From NCBI RefSeq assembly GCF_902459465.1, contig NW_022985702.1, positions 62,001 to 126,000 of the forward strand: a DNA stretch of 64,000 nt, given 5' to 3'. The translations under genes were made by a program, and so were the position numbers. Under the pieces are notes generated by a model. That model was given only the letters and a program-made list of their open reading frames with translations. It was not told where the DNA came from and made no database searches. Within the stretch, counting starts at the first letter, position 1, and every line of letters begins with the position of its first letter. This DNA comes from Asterias rubens. Taxonomy: Eukaryota. Positions 24,824 through 34,794 of this stretch are shown here, piece by piece.

Positions 24824-25352
24824 TATAGAGGTAACCAATCCAGCAAGCAATTTAAAATATCATGAATGAAAGAAAATGTTCATCAATGCAAAAGGGAAAC
24901 ATACCCGGTAATCTATTTTGGCTAGATGTAGGCAATTGTGTTTACCAAAAGTAAGATACCGAATTCCATTTATGACCCTTTATACCTGCACCAATGATGC
25001 TGTACTGCAGTGGTAGTTCTAATTCAGCTAGATGTAGCTGATTGAGACTGCCATGCTTATTTCAGCAGCTCTAGGCATAAGGATGTGTAGTTCATTGCAA
25101 TGTAGCGGTGTACTAGTTTGGTCAGGTGTGGCTGAATGAGTTTGCCAAAAGTACATGGAAAGAAATTGTTCTGCCGGATAATTTAGGTGTTGGACTAGTG
25201 AGGTTTCTATGAATGACAAGCTAGTTTGGCTAGATGTAGCTGAATGAGTGTGTCACCAAAGATAAGGACACCAATGTCAGTTAATTTGCAAAACCATTTC
25301 AGATTTTAATTAGGTCAGGTGCAAAAACAATAGTAGTTAAGATAGACTCTCT

Positions 25353-25600
25353 GGAACACTTTGACCTTTGCCCTAGAGGACAATGAGAGGTCAAACTGTA
25401 CCCCAAATAGGGTAGAAATATGGAACACTTTGCCCTTTGCCCTAGAGAACAATGAGAGGTCAAACTGTACCCCAAATAGGGTAGAAATATGGAACACTTT
25501 GCCCTTTGCCCTAGAGAACAATGAGAGGTCAAACTGTACCCAAAATAGGGTAGAAATATGGAACACTTTTAATTTGACCTTCCTTCAGAGAGGTCAAACT
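25353..25600. repeat. 69-bp tandem repeat, 3 full copies plus partial
   Basis: Units start at 25353, 25422, 25491 and 25560 (ggaacactttgccctttgccctagagaacaatgagaggtcaaactg...). Confidence 0.95.
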
Positions 25601-25689
25601 GTGCCCGAAATGGGTTAAAAACAGTTAAAATTTCTCGCTGTGGTGCAATGCATAGGTAGTGTGTGTGTGTGTGTGTGTATTGGTATAGC

Positions 25690-25945
25690 AGTTGACAGGG
25701 GAATCCCGGAACAAGGGGTCGCGTGTGGGAATGACGTTGCAGTATTACTGGTCAGTGGTGGTGGGGATAATCCCCGAACAAAGGTCGCGTGTGGGAATGA
25801 CGTTGCAGTATTACTGGATAGTTGACAGGGAAATCCCCGAACAAAGGTCGCGTGTGGGAATGATGTTGCAGTATTACTATTACTGGTCAGTGCTGGTAGG
25901 AAATATCCTCCGACAAAGAGGGCGTGTGAAAATGACGTTGCAGTT
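25690..25945 (+). promoter_or_regulatory. Four approximately 65-bp repeats, each with a kB-like site and a TGACGT (CRE/ATF) motif
   Basis: GGGGAATCCC 25698, GGGGATAATCCCC 25763, GGGAAATCCC 25828, degenerate GGAAATATCC 25899; TGACGT at 25732, 25798, 25933 (TGATGT at 25861); TATAAA at 25997. Confidence 0.6.
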
Positions 25946-26058
25946 TTGAGAGATATACAGAAAATATAAGTGTACATAATAAATATCCCAATGGTTTATA
26001 AATATTATGATCATTAAATGATCATAACATTATAACTTTGGTCAGTTGAACGGTCATC

Positions 26059-26484
26059 ATGTCTGCAGAAAAACATCATCGTTCGGATGCATCTTCAAGG
26101 GTTGAGCCACTGTGTGATGGGTTGCGTTATCTGCGTCAACAAAACCAAACGGAGGACGTTACTTATCCGCGACTAGTTCATTTATCTACACGACTAAATA
26201 AAAAACAGTTAGAACAGTTAACCTCAAAGCTGTTTGAAGAATTCGACGACCCAGAAATCTTTGAAAAGTCATTGGAAAAACTTGTTTTAGCACTTGGTTC
26301 TTCAAATGCCGACATATATAAACATAAAATAAACCATATGTATAATCCTTGGTCTATGTGTTTTGGCGCTTTATTACATTGGTATCAACGTAACTATGAA
26401 GAAGCCACGATTGAAAAGATGATATTGGCGTGTCAACGAAGTAATATGTTTTATAATGTATATGAATTTTTAATTCCAGCATAA
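26059..26484 (+). CDS. Intronless Death-domain-like protein (Polinton accessory gene)
   Basis: LEKLVLALGSSNADIYKHKINHMYNPWSMCFGALLHWYQRNYEEATIEKMILACQRS fits the DD pattern L..LG.S..DI......P.......L..W.......AT...L..A. The start context GTCATCATG is identical to that at 30916 and 31268. Confidence 0.7.
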   Translation: MSAEKHHRSDASSRVEPLCDGLRYLRQQNQTEDVTYPRLVHLSTRLNKKQLEQLTSKLFEEFDDPEIFEKSLEKLVLALGSSNADIYKHKINHMYNPWSMCFGALLHWYQRNYEEATIEKMILACQRSNMFYNVYEFLIPA

Positions 26485-26599
26485 AACATTATTTCGGGCG
26501 TAGAAGTGTTCACGATATGTTTACTGTAATGTTTTGAATAAGGTCTGCTATCGTTATTGCACCACACAGTGTAAACCCTGTAGCCAATCAAATCTAATA

Positions 26600-27125
26600 T
26601 TGAATAGCCTATTATAGGATTATCCTGCCATGTAATTGTGAGTTTGGAATTAAGAGTATCAATATACGAGCCGGGGGATGTATTGACATGATAGGGGCGC
26701 CAATTTCAAAAGACTCATGTTAATGAATTCAATCGTTCCAAACTGTTAAACCTTTTGGGGGGACAAAGATGTTTTAACTTATATAAAATATAATGGATAA
26801 GATACAGAGCTTCATAAATATATTTAAGCGTGAAAAGATGGGTTATCTCATCGTATATATCGTTGAATAGTTTATTATAGGATTATCCTGCCATGTAATT
26901 GTGAGTTGGGAGTTAAGAGTATCGATATACGAGCCGGGGATGTATTGACATGATAGGGGCGCCAATTTCAAAAGACTCATGTTAATGAATACAATCGTTC
27001 CAAACTGTCAAACCTTTTTGGGTGACGAAGCTGTTTTATAACTTATATAATATATAATTGATAAGATACAGAGCTTCATAAATATATTTGAGCGTAAAAA
27101 GATGGGTGGTCTAATCGTAGCTATT
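26600..27125 (+). repeat. 263-bp tandem duplication (promoter-like, TATA plus start region)
   Basis: Near-identical blocks begin at 26600 and 26863 (ttgaatag..tattataggattatcctgccatgtaattgtgag...). Confidence 0.9.
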
Positions 27126-27400
27126 GTTTTGTTCGTACTTGTTACAATAGCCCTTTTAATAAATGCGATACAGATTGTTAGCTTACAAAATATAGGCGAA
27201 GGAACTGCTCTAATTGAGAAATTTAGAGATGTGACTTACGTAAAAATTAGGGATTACACCCAAGCAAAAAAGAAAGGCTTTCCATTGGTTCCTGGGCGAG
27301 GGATTAACCTCACTGTTGAGGAGTGGCAAAGTCTAAACTAAAGACAATGCTTCCCACCATAGACGAAGCCGTTGAAGAAGTTTCCGACGCTTGTATTGGT
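27102..27400 (+). pseudogene. PC4-family (transcriptional coactivator p15) ssDNA-binding domain with a hydrophobic N-terminal leader; frameshifted
   Basis: IEKFRDVTYVKIRDY...LVPGRGINLTVEEWQSL, then after a frameshift at about 27338 LKTMLPTIDEAVEE, matching the PC4 pattern F....YV.IR.Y....P...GI.LT.EQW..L. Confidence 0.8.
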
Positions 27401-27583
27401 TAACTAAAAACAAAGAACTAAGAAATGGTCACTTACATATCCAAAAGCGTGTGTTGTAATGTAAAAAACAAATGGATAAAAAGCCCACGACAAATCGTTT
27501 GGAGCCACAGATCTTCACAGCAAATCAGCAAACCAGCAAACCAGCAACATCAGTAGCAGTAAATTATAAACATCATCATCATC

Positions 27584-28690
27584 ATGGCTGAAAACAAATT
27601 TTTTCCTGATTCCTTCAACGCGGCGGAAGAATGGCGGAGGCTGTTAGGAGAAGACATGATGTGGGGACAAATTATCCCCCATTCCCTACCTCCACCACCT
27701 ACAAGTGTCTTCCAAGAGCAGGCAGAGTGTAAGTTTTATTTTATTTGTTTGCTTCCACTACTTAAATGTTCTTTTTAGAACAACCCCCTCCCCTTCCAAT
27801 ACACCTCTTTCTGAATGTGTTTGTTTTAATGTAAAAGACGTCACGCCTAAAAATTAAATTAAATAAATTTGTTTCTCTTTTGTTTTATTTTTAGTTACTC
27901 ATGTCATAGAATTTGAGATGGAGGAGGACACGGCCGGAGAAGGAGATGACGATGATTTGGAGGGGTATTCTTGGCAATGTGGTACGTTACGTTTTATTTT
28001 ATTTTTATATTTTTATTTATTTATTATTATTGTTTTTGTTTTTTTTTGCTGTTAAACTGTGATTAACTGATTGATCAGAAGATGTTCTCATATTAGCAAC
28101 ATTGCCGTTACATTGCTCAAGACCAAACCCAAACTTCAAGCTTGCAATCAAGTTTTCAACCATTCAACTTATTTATACCATTTCTTTTTGTGTGTTACTT
28201 GTATAGCGTCGGAAATTCTTTGCCCCGACGATGTGTTTGATGAACCCCTTCCTTCAGTGCCGTCACCCGTTCCAGTTGCTTTACCTGTTCCGTCACCCGT
28301 TTGTTTGCCTCCGATGTCACCATTAGCTCTCCCCACCGTACCAGCCACAATCGGCCAACATATGTACGGGCACGTAGGGTTCTACGTGCGCACAGTGTTA
28401 TGTTTTATTATCCAATCAAATTGTTATGGATGTGAGGTGGATCATCCATCTCAAAGGCAGCATAGCTGCCTGATGGATGATCCACAGGATCAATTTAACA
28501 TGTAAATGTATATTGAAGAAATGTTAGAAAAACTTCGCAAGGATAGCGATGTCCTTGTGTGTCACTGGCTTGAAAAAGTCAGTACTATTGACGCACTAAA
28601 CAAAGGTATCCTTGCGAAGATTCTGCGGTCGCAGAACTTATTGAATTTTTATTTTTTACATTAACTACGGAAGAGGGCATGGAAGAGTTA
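27584..28690 (+). CDS. Three-exon Polinton gene: acidic and Pro-rich protein with a CYGCEVDHPSQRQHSC motif; TAA at 28503-28505 may be premature
   Basis: Exons 27584-27728, 27895-27981 and 28207 onward, joined by canonical phase-1 GT-AG introns (gtaagt, ttttag; gtacgt, tgtatag) that keep one frame. The frame reopens for about 50 codons after the TAA. Confidence 0.7.
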
Positions 28691-29017
28691 AGAGATTATG
28701 TTGCTTGACATTTTTCCAAGTCCTCTTTTGTATTTAATAATTGTGTTTTATTTGACTGCATTTGTGTGTAAACTTTTTAAAACTGTACATACATGTTTGA
28801 TTAAAACATTTCCTTTGTAAAATTTTATTTTAAACTTTTTAAAATTAACAACTGTACATGACTGTACATAACTGTTTGATTGAAGTGAATAAAATCAAAA
28901 ACAATTTTTTTAACGTGAAATAATTTGATAAATAGTGTGTTATTATTAGTCGTTTGTAATAAATACTTGAACATAAAGGGGTGGATTCATTTTGACTTTG
29001 CAACTAAGAGAGTCAAC

Positions 29018-30105
29018 ATGGGGGAGATGAAAGATTGGGTCGATTACTTATACACTTTATATTATGACATTGAACATGAATCGGGGTTAAGTAGCGTTGA
29101 AAAGTTATATCAGAGAGTCAAAGCCGAGGGTGTGTACGAGTTGTCTCGGAAACAAATAGTTCAATACTTGGAAAAACAAGATACTTATACTTTGCATAAA
29201 CCAATAAAAAGAACTTTTCCTAGAAATCGTGTTCTCGCCATTGCAATTGATGAAATATGGCAACTTGATCTATGTGATGCTCAAGCGCTTTCAAGATATA
29301 ATAAGGGGTATAAATACATATTAACATGTATCGATGTGTTTTCCAAATTTGCTTGGGCAAGACCACTGAAAAATAAGAGGTAAAACGATCCTAAATGCCT
29401 TTAGATCCATTGTAAATAGTGGTCAAAAGAGGGCCCCTCTGAGAGTCCAAACGGACGAGGGTAAGGAGTTCTTGAATTCTCATGTGCAAGAATTCTTAAC
29501 TCATCACTAAATTGAATTTTACACTACAAATAACAAAACACAAAGCTAGCGTCATAGAGAGATTTAATTCTACCTTGAATACAAAACTTTGGAAATTATT
29601 TTCATATCAAAATACCTTCAAGTACAAAGATGTGTTGCAAAAAGTGATCAATACGTATAATAATTCGACACATAGATCGATACGTATGAAACCCAACGAA
29701 GTGTCTGAAGAAAATGACGGGAAAGTGTGGAAGGCGTTGTATAGTGATGCCAGACATGCAGCCAAACCTAAATATAAGTTTAAGATCGGAGACTCGGTTA
29801 GGATTAGCATAGCGGCAAAAGTATTTCGAAAAGGATATTTACCCAAATGGTCCGAGGAAATATTCACCATCGATCGACGTATACGAAATGTAAGACCATT
29901 ATATGTTTTGAAAGATTATGGAGGCGAGGAGCTGAAGTGTACCTTTTACGAGGAGGAATTACAGAAAGTTTTAAAAGATACGTTTGATACGTACAGAGTG
30001 GAAAAAGTTTTTCGTCAGAGAACAAAACTTGGCCAAAAGGAATATTTTGTAAAGTGGTTGGGATATCCCTCTTCGTTCAACAGTTTGGTAACTAAACTCG
30101 AATAA
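29018..30105 (+). pseudogene. int: Polinton retroviral-like (rve) integrase with C-terminal chromodomain; frameshifts and a stop
   Basis: YTLHKPIKRTF, WQLDLCD, ILTCIDVFSKFAW, QTDEGKEF, ASVIERFNSTL, YNNSTHRSIRMKP, KGYLPKWSEEIF, EYFVKWLGYPSSFNS. Confidence 0.95.
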
Positions 30106-30154
30106 TAACGGGGATCCGACATGCCTGCAGGCAGAAACTACTCAAACTCGAAAC

Positions 30155-30910
30155 ATGTCGGACCGTCAATTCTATTTGACCCTTCCTAGCAATGCCTCTC
30201 TGGATGTGTATCCGAACAATACACTATCGGATTACACGACCAGACTATTTAATCCTATTCAACTAACTGGTAATTGGGAGGTCGGTCTGAGCGAAATTCA
30301 ATATCCTCATTGTTATTTTAACATAACGGATGGAAATAATTCGCTGACCTACTCTGAAAATGGTAAACTGACAAGATATTTAAAAATACCACATGGCTAC
30401 TACAGTTCTATTCAAGAGCTTCTCGAAACCATCAATGAACTTATGGTTGACGAAGCCAAGCCGAGTATAAGTTTGACGGTAGACAGAAAATCTAAAAAAG
30501 TTTTAGTGAGATTGAAACCGGGTGCTTACGTAATATTTAACGATGGATTATACAATTCACTAGGATTGCCTCGCAAAACACTCTTTGAAACGACAATAGG
30601 AACTCGACCTTCTGACATTTATTCTGGAATTTATAGTTTGTACATATATAGTGATATCATAGAACCTCAATATGTAGGCGATTCTAACGTTCCCTTGATA
30701 AAAATAGTACCGCTAAAGACAGGTAATAAAACCATGGGGGAAATGATATCCACGTCTTACAGTATGCCTCATTATATACCAGTTAAAACAAAGAACTTTG
30801 ACACGATAAATTTGACTATAAGAAACAATGCTGGATTCAAATTTTCATTCGAACGAGGTAAAGTCATCGTGAAACTACACTTTCGTCAGGTCCGCCCTCC
30901 CCTTTTTTAG
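30155..30910 (+). CDS. Polinton minor capsid (penton) protein; ORF intact
   Basis: FYLTLPSNAS...NT.SDY.T.L..PI.L.GNWEVGLSEIQYP and YIYSDIIEPQYVGDS.VPLIKIVP; position after the integrase. Confidence 0.88.
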   Translation: MSDRQFYLTLPSNASLDVYPNNTLSDYTTRLFNPIQLTGNWEVGLSEIQYPHCYFNITDGNNSLTYSENGKLTRYLKIPHGYYSSIQELLETINELMVDEAKPSISLTVDRKSKKVLVRLKPGAYVIFNDGLYNSLGLPRKTLFETTIGTRPSDIYSGIYSLYIYSDIIEPQYVGDSNVPLIKIVPLKTGNKTMGEMISTSYSMPHYIPVKTKNFDTINLTIRNNAGFKFSFERGKVIVKLHFRQVRPPLF

Positions 30911-30915
30911 TCATC

Positions 30916-31260
30916 ATGTCACTCTACGAACAGTATTATAAAGCTCAGGCGGGAGGTGGAAACTACTTCAAAGGAGCACCGATGCAAAGGGGTTATGGTT
31001 TAGGTGGAATTCTCTCCGGGTTATTCCGTCAGCTCTCCCCATCCTGACATGGGGAGCTAAGACAATTGGGAAACAAGCTCTCCAGACTGGTCTGCAAATG
31101 GCTAATGATGCACTTAAGGGTTAAACTACCCCCATCGCTCGTCAACCGAAGAAAAAACTAACCCATGGAGTACGCAAGAAGGTTATAAAGAGAAAGGGTC
31201 GAGGTCGACCCACCATTTCATCCGCTAGGAAGCGTCCACTCGATATATTTGATGTTAAAT
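30916..31260 (+). pseudogene. Small Gly-rich/basic virion core-like protein; frameshifted
   Basis: MSLYEQYYKAQAGGGNYFKGAPMQRGYGLGGILSGLF followed by a basic tail; lies between minor and major capsid genes. Confidence 0.75.
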
Positions 31261-31267
31261 CGTCATC

Positions 31268-32590
31268 ATGGCTTTTGCTCATAAGAATTCCTCAGAATGT
31301 ACCAAGTCAGAGCTGGACCTCTTTTCTTTGCCCGGTACGCAGGCTAGTTTGACCAGGGCCAGTTGGATACAGTTTCAACCTCTGACAAATATCGTGGACG
31401 CTGGTCCGATTGAATTTGTAATAAATGGATCCAGCGATACTTACTTGGACTTGGCGCAGACCATGCTTCACGTACAGGCTAAAATCGTGGGTGCTGATTG
31501 AGCGGCACTAGACGATGACGTACCTGTGGCCCCCGTAAATCTAATGTTACAGTCTCTATTTTCCGAAGTCGACGTGTCCTTAAATGATCGTGTAATAACG
31601 CCATCAACTAACACGTACCAATACCGATCTGTCTTCGAATCGTTTTTCAGTTATGGGCCAGCCGCTAAGTCGTCTCACCTCACGTCGGGATTATTCTATA
31701 AAGATTCAGCCGGGAAAATGGATGTTACTGATCCCACGATCGAAGATGTAGACAATCGCAATGAAGGATTACATCAAAGGTTTCTACACACAAAGGGGAG
31801 CAAACTGGTGGACCTGATAGGACCTATACACGCCGACATATTTTTTGTTATTAAACGGTGTTTCCATGAAAATAAAATTGCACCGTTCGAAGGATTCTTT
31901 CTGTCTCATGTCTTCTACACCCGATGCAGATTACAAAGTAAAGATTCAGAGCGCTACCTTGTACATTCGAAGAGTCAGCGTGAATCCCACGGTAGCTTTA
32001 GCCCAGGCAAACACATTGGAGCAAACAACTGCAAAATATCCATTATGCAGAGTGGAGTTAAAAACATTCTCCGTTCCGCAAGGCAATCAATCTTTTACGA
32101 GGGAAAGGATGTTTCTGGGTCAGACTCCCAAACGCATTGTTTTAGGTTGTGTTGAAAATACGGCTATAAATGGGGATTTTAAGAAAAACCCATACAATTT
32201 CAAACATTTTAATTTAAACTTTTTAGCGCTGTATATAGACGGGGAACAACTGCCTTGGAAACCACTCAAACCAAAATTTGTGGGACCCGACAGTAATTAT
32301 CTCATGGCATATCAGACGTTATTTTCGGGTCTAAACAATCTTCATCAGAATTCTGGAAACGATATTTCTAGATCGGATTACGCTAACGGTTACACCCTCT
32401 ATGCATTTGACTTGACTCCAGATCTGTGTTCCGGCGGTCATTTTAATCTAATACGAAGCGGTAATGTACGCTTGGAGCTCGCCTTTAGAGATCCATTGAT
32501 TAACACCGTGAATGTACTCGTTTATGCGGAGTCAATTCGATTCCAGAAATAGACAAGTCCCGTAACATACTGATTGATTATTCATTCTGA
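31268..32590 (+). pseudogene. Polinton major capsid (double jelly-roll) protein; stop and frameshifts
   Basis: ECTKSELDLFSLP.TQ, GPIEFVI.G, YLDL..T.LHV, NLMLQSLFSEVDVSLN, PKRIVLG.V.N.A.NGDFKKNPYNFKHF, GYTLYAFDLTPD, G.VRLELAF. Spread over three ORF-track pieces. Confidence 0.93.
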
Positions 32591-33093
32591 AAACTGACAA
32601 AATAACCAGACAACACAATGGTGGCGTTTTTCCCATAGATAAGTTACCCGAAAAAATTTCCAGCTTTCCTATTCTATATGTCATAAATACAGACAAAAGT
32701 GATAAACCGGGGATGCATTGGGTCGCTTTATATTTTAATGAAGACAAAAGGGCAGAATTTTTCGATTCATACGGTAACCCACTAGACAAATACGATGCGC
32801 ATTTAATGCGGTTTATTGATAGACATTCCTCGGGGGTCTTATACAATGACCGCTGTCTTCAGTCTCTGGACAGTACAGTCTGCGGTCAGTATTGTATCAT
32901 GTTTGCTCAATACAGGTGTAGGAACGTTGCAATGCAGACTATTGTTCGCATGCTCACTAGGGATACCCGTTATAATGATGCGTTTGTACATAACTTTGTG
33001 GAATCCCTCTACAACGTTGCTCTACCAATATCACATGGTGATTTTATTATTAATCAAATTGTGAAAAGTTTTCAAAGTATTGTAAATAAATAG
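32590..33093 (+). pseudogene. Adenain-like cysteine protease; start codon apparently lost
   Basis: GVFPIDKLP, VINTDKSDKPGMHWVALY (His), AEFFDSYG (Asp), LQSLDSTVCGQYC (Gln, Cys). Confidence 0.92.
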
Positions 33094-33372
33094 CCTCTTT
33101 TTATTGTATAAAAAGTTTGTCGTGTCTTTTTGAATAAAAGTTTTGATTAATTAAATAAATGAAGTAAAGTTTTAAGTAAAAACAAACAAAAACCAAGTTT
33201 AAATAAAATAACAACAGACAAAACAAAGTTTGAATTAGTTAATTAATAACCAAAGACAAAAATAAAAACGCAATTACAATGTATAAATATTATATTTCAT
33301 GTACTTTATTTTATTTCGCAATAAAACAACAAAAATACAATTGACAATTGTTTATCATTATTGTTTACGTTA

Positions 33373-34131
33373 TTACAAAGACTCCCAAAGTAACTGTTTT
33401 TTAGGTCTGTGTCTAGAATAGGCCCGTGTGACTCTCTTTCGATTAGCTTTTGAAGTTGCGGTAGGCAACACGGGTAGTACCCTTTTTTCATTCGGTGTCA
33501 TCAAGTTTTGCTTGTGACGTTGGACTATGGTTCGGCGTGACACATTACCCACTAGCGTTTCGGGCACGTTCATACTCGCCAAACCACGTACAAATTGTTG
33601 CCATCCAAGAGGGTCAAATCCTTTTGTAGCGTGTAAAACATCATTGATTAAATCCGTAATGTTAGATCCCTTAACCACATCTTCACCAATTTTTAGCTCG
33701 CCCATATCGTTCCAATTCATGGCGTCATTCTTTTTAATTTTTTCTAATAATAGTTGGGCTTTATGCTTGTACGTCTTGGGCACACCCTCAATGATTTCTG
33801 CGGCAGTGTCAGGTTGATTTACAGGGGTTACCGTATTTGTTTTGGTGACATCTTCGGTCATGTCATAATATCCTTTCGGATTACTCATAGTCACTGATAT
33901 GGGTTCTTGTTTTCTGGCTCGATCAAACTGTAGGTAGCGTTGGAGCGCTTGTTGATACAAAAGTACCTTGGTGTTGTCATCCAGGTCGGTTCTGTCCAGA
34001 GTATCCTTCATGTCCCGTTCCAGCGATTGTACTTTTGTTTCTCCAATGTCACTTTTCAAAAGTACATTTTGAATGGCACGTGTGACTTGATCCGCGGTAG
34101 CGTTCATCTCAATCTTCTTGGCGTAACGCAT
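33373..34131 (-). CDS. Conserved Polinton core gene (PW/PZ class)
   Basis: KVLLYQQALQRYL, MNWNDMGEL, KGSNITDLIND, PLGWQQFVRGL..MNVP..LVGN. ATG overlaps the upstream stop (TGATG at 34133-34129). Confidence 0.8.
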   Translation of the reverse strand: MRYAKKIEMNATADQVTRAIQNVLLKSDIGETKVQSLERDMKDTLDRTDLDDNTKVLLYQQALQRYLQFDRARKQEPISVTMSNPKGYYDMTEDVTKTNTVTPVNQPDTAAEIIEGVPKTYKHKAQLLLEKIKKNDAMNWNDMGELKIGEDVVKGSNITDLINDVLHATKGFDPLGWQQFVRGLASMNVPETLVGNVSRRTIVQRHKQNLMTPNEKRVLPVLPTATSKANRKRVTRAYSRHRPKKQLLWESL

Positions 34132-34461
34132 CAGTTTCCTAGGAACAGACCACCTAATGCTCTTAAGATGGGTGCAATGAGCGAACCAAAAAAAGCCACC
34201 TTTTTGCACGAGTAGATGTTTTCGTTTCTTGTGTGACAGTCGTTTATTAGCCAATTGTCTCAGGTGTGTCTTGTGACGTGATAACTTCTTCCTATGAGCA
34301 GAAGTCAAATGTACATGGCCTTTTAATACGTTCAAAGCACATTCGCACAGATATGATATCAGTTCTTTGTCGGCTCCTTTTATAATATCTTTCCTTATTT
34401 TGGGTGAAGACTTGCCCAATAGTTTTAGAGTATGGGCATTGTTCCCGAGTCGATGCGTCAT
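34131..34461 (-). CDS. Small basic Polinton core protein ending in a QKGGF motif (PW/PZ class); 1-nt homopolymer frameshift
   Basis: ADKELISYLCECALNVLKGHV.L...KKLSRHK..LR.L...LLVQKGGF. Removing one T from the T7 run at about 34188-34194 restores FFGSLIAPILRALGGLFLGN-stop. Confidence 0.8.
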
Positions 34462-34499
34462 CTTGACAAAATGAAGACAAAGGCATTTGTACGGGTCTA

Positions 34500-34794
34500 T
34501 TATACTTTGGGTATATAGGCGTAGGGCGTCTCTCCCTTGAATATTTTTGTGTCGTGGGTCGAGGTGATCGGACCAATCGTCCGGCAACCCCTCCACAAAT
34601 TGTATACCAGGTACACTATCAGAAAATTTTTGGAAAAGCGGCTGAAATTCTCCATAACGCCACAAAATTCTCTCAGGTGTATCAAGAATAACATCATTTT
34701 TCTGTTCCAATAACTTTTTTACAAAGACTGTTTTCCCACTGGAACTTGGTCCGGCAATGATGCAAGTAAATGGATGTTGCAGTTTAGTCGACAT
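34500..34794 (-). pseudogene. A32/FtsK-like packaging ATPase with a large internal deletion
   Basis: LQHPFTCIIAGPSSSGKT (Walker A), ILWRYGEFQPLF, FVEGLP, then directly, in another frame, the C-terminal TKIFKGETPYAYIPKV-stop; Walker B region absent. Confidence 0.88.

Larger units (their letters stand above)
22334..25255 (+). ncRNA. Array of seven related 40-42-nt stem-loops with a G(A/G)TG tetraloop; putative structured RNA, function unknown
   Basis: Copies at 22334, 23368, 23713, 24907, 25012, 25107, 25214. The 7-bp upper stem shows compensatory changes (ttggcta/tagccaa, ttgacta/tagtcaa, tcagcta/tagctga); G-T pairs fit the + strand; an A-G mismatch is invariant. Confidence 0.5.

Noticed and set aside
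22334-25255. CRISPR array or integron attC-like array
   Set aside because: Eukaryotic context, irregular 94-1194 nt spacing, strongly diverged repeats, no cas or integron integrase.
22334-25255. Hammerhead ribozymes or SECIS elements (CTGAATGAG resembles CUGAUGA)
   Set aside because: The core has an extra base, is not conserved across copies and lacks the GAAA partner; no SECIS AUGA/AA/GA layout.
25299-25977. Repetitive ORFs on both strands
   Set aside because: By-products of the 69-bp and approximately 65-bp tandem repeats.
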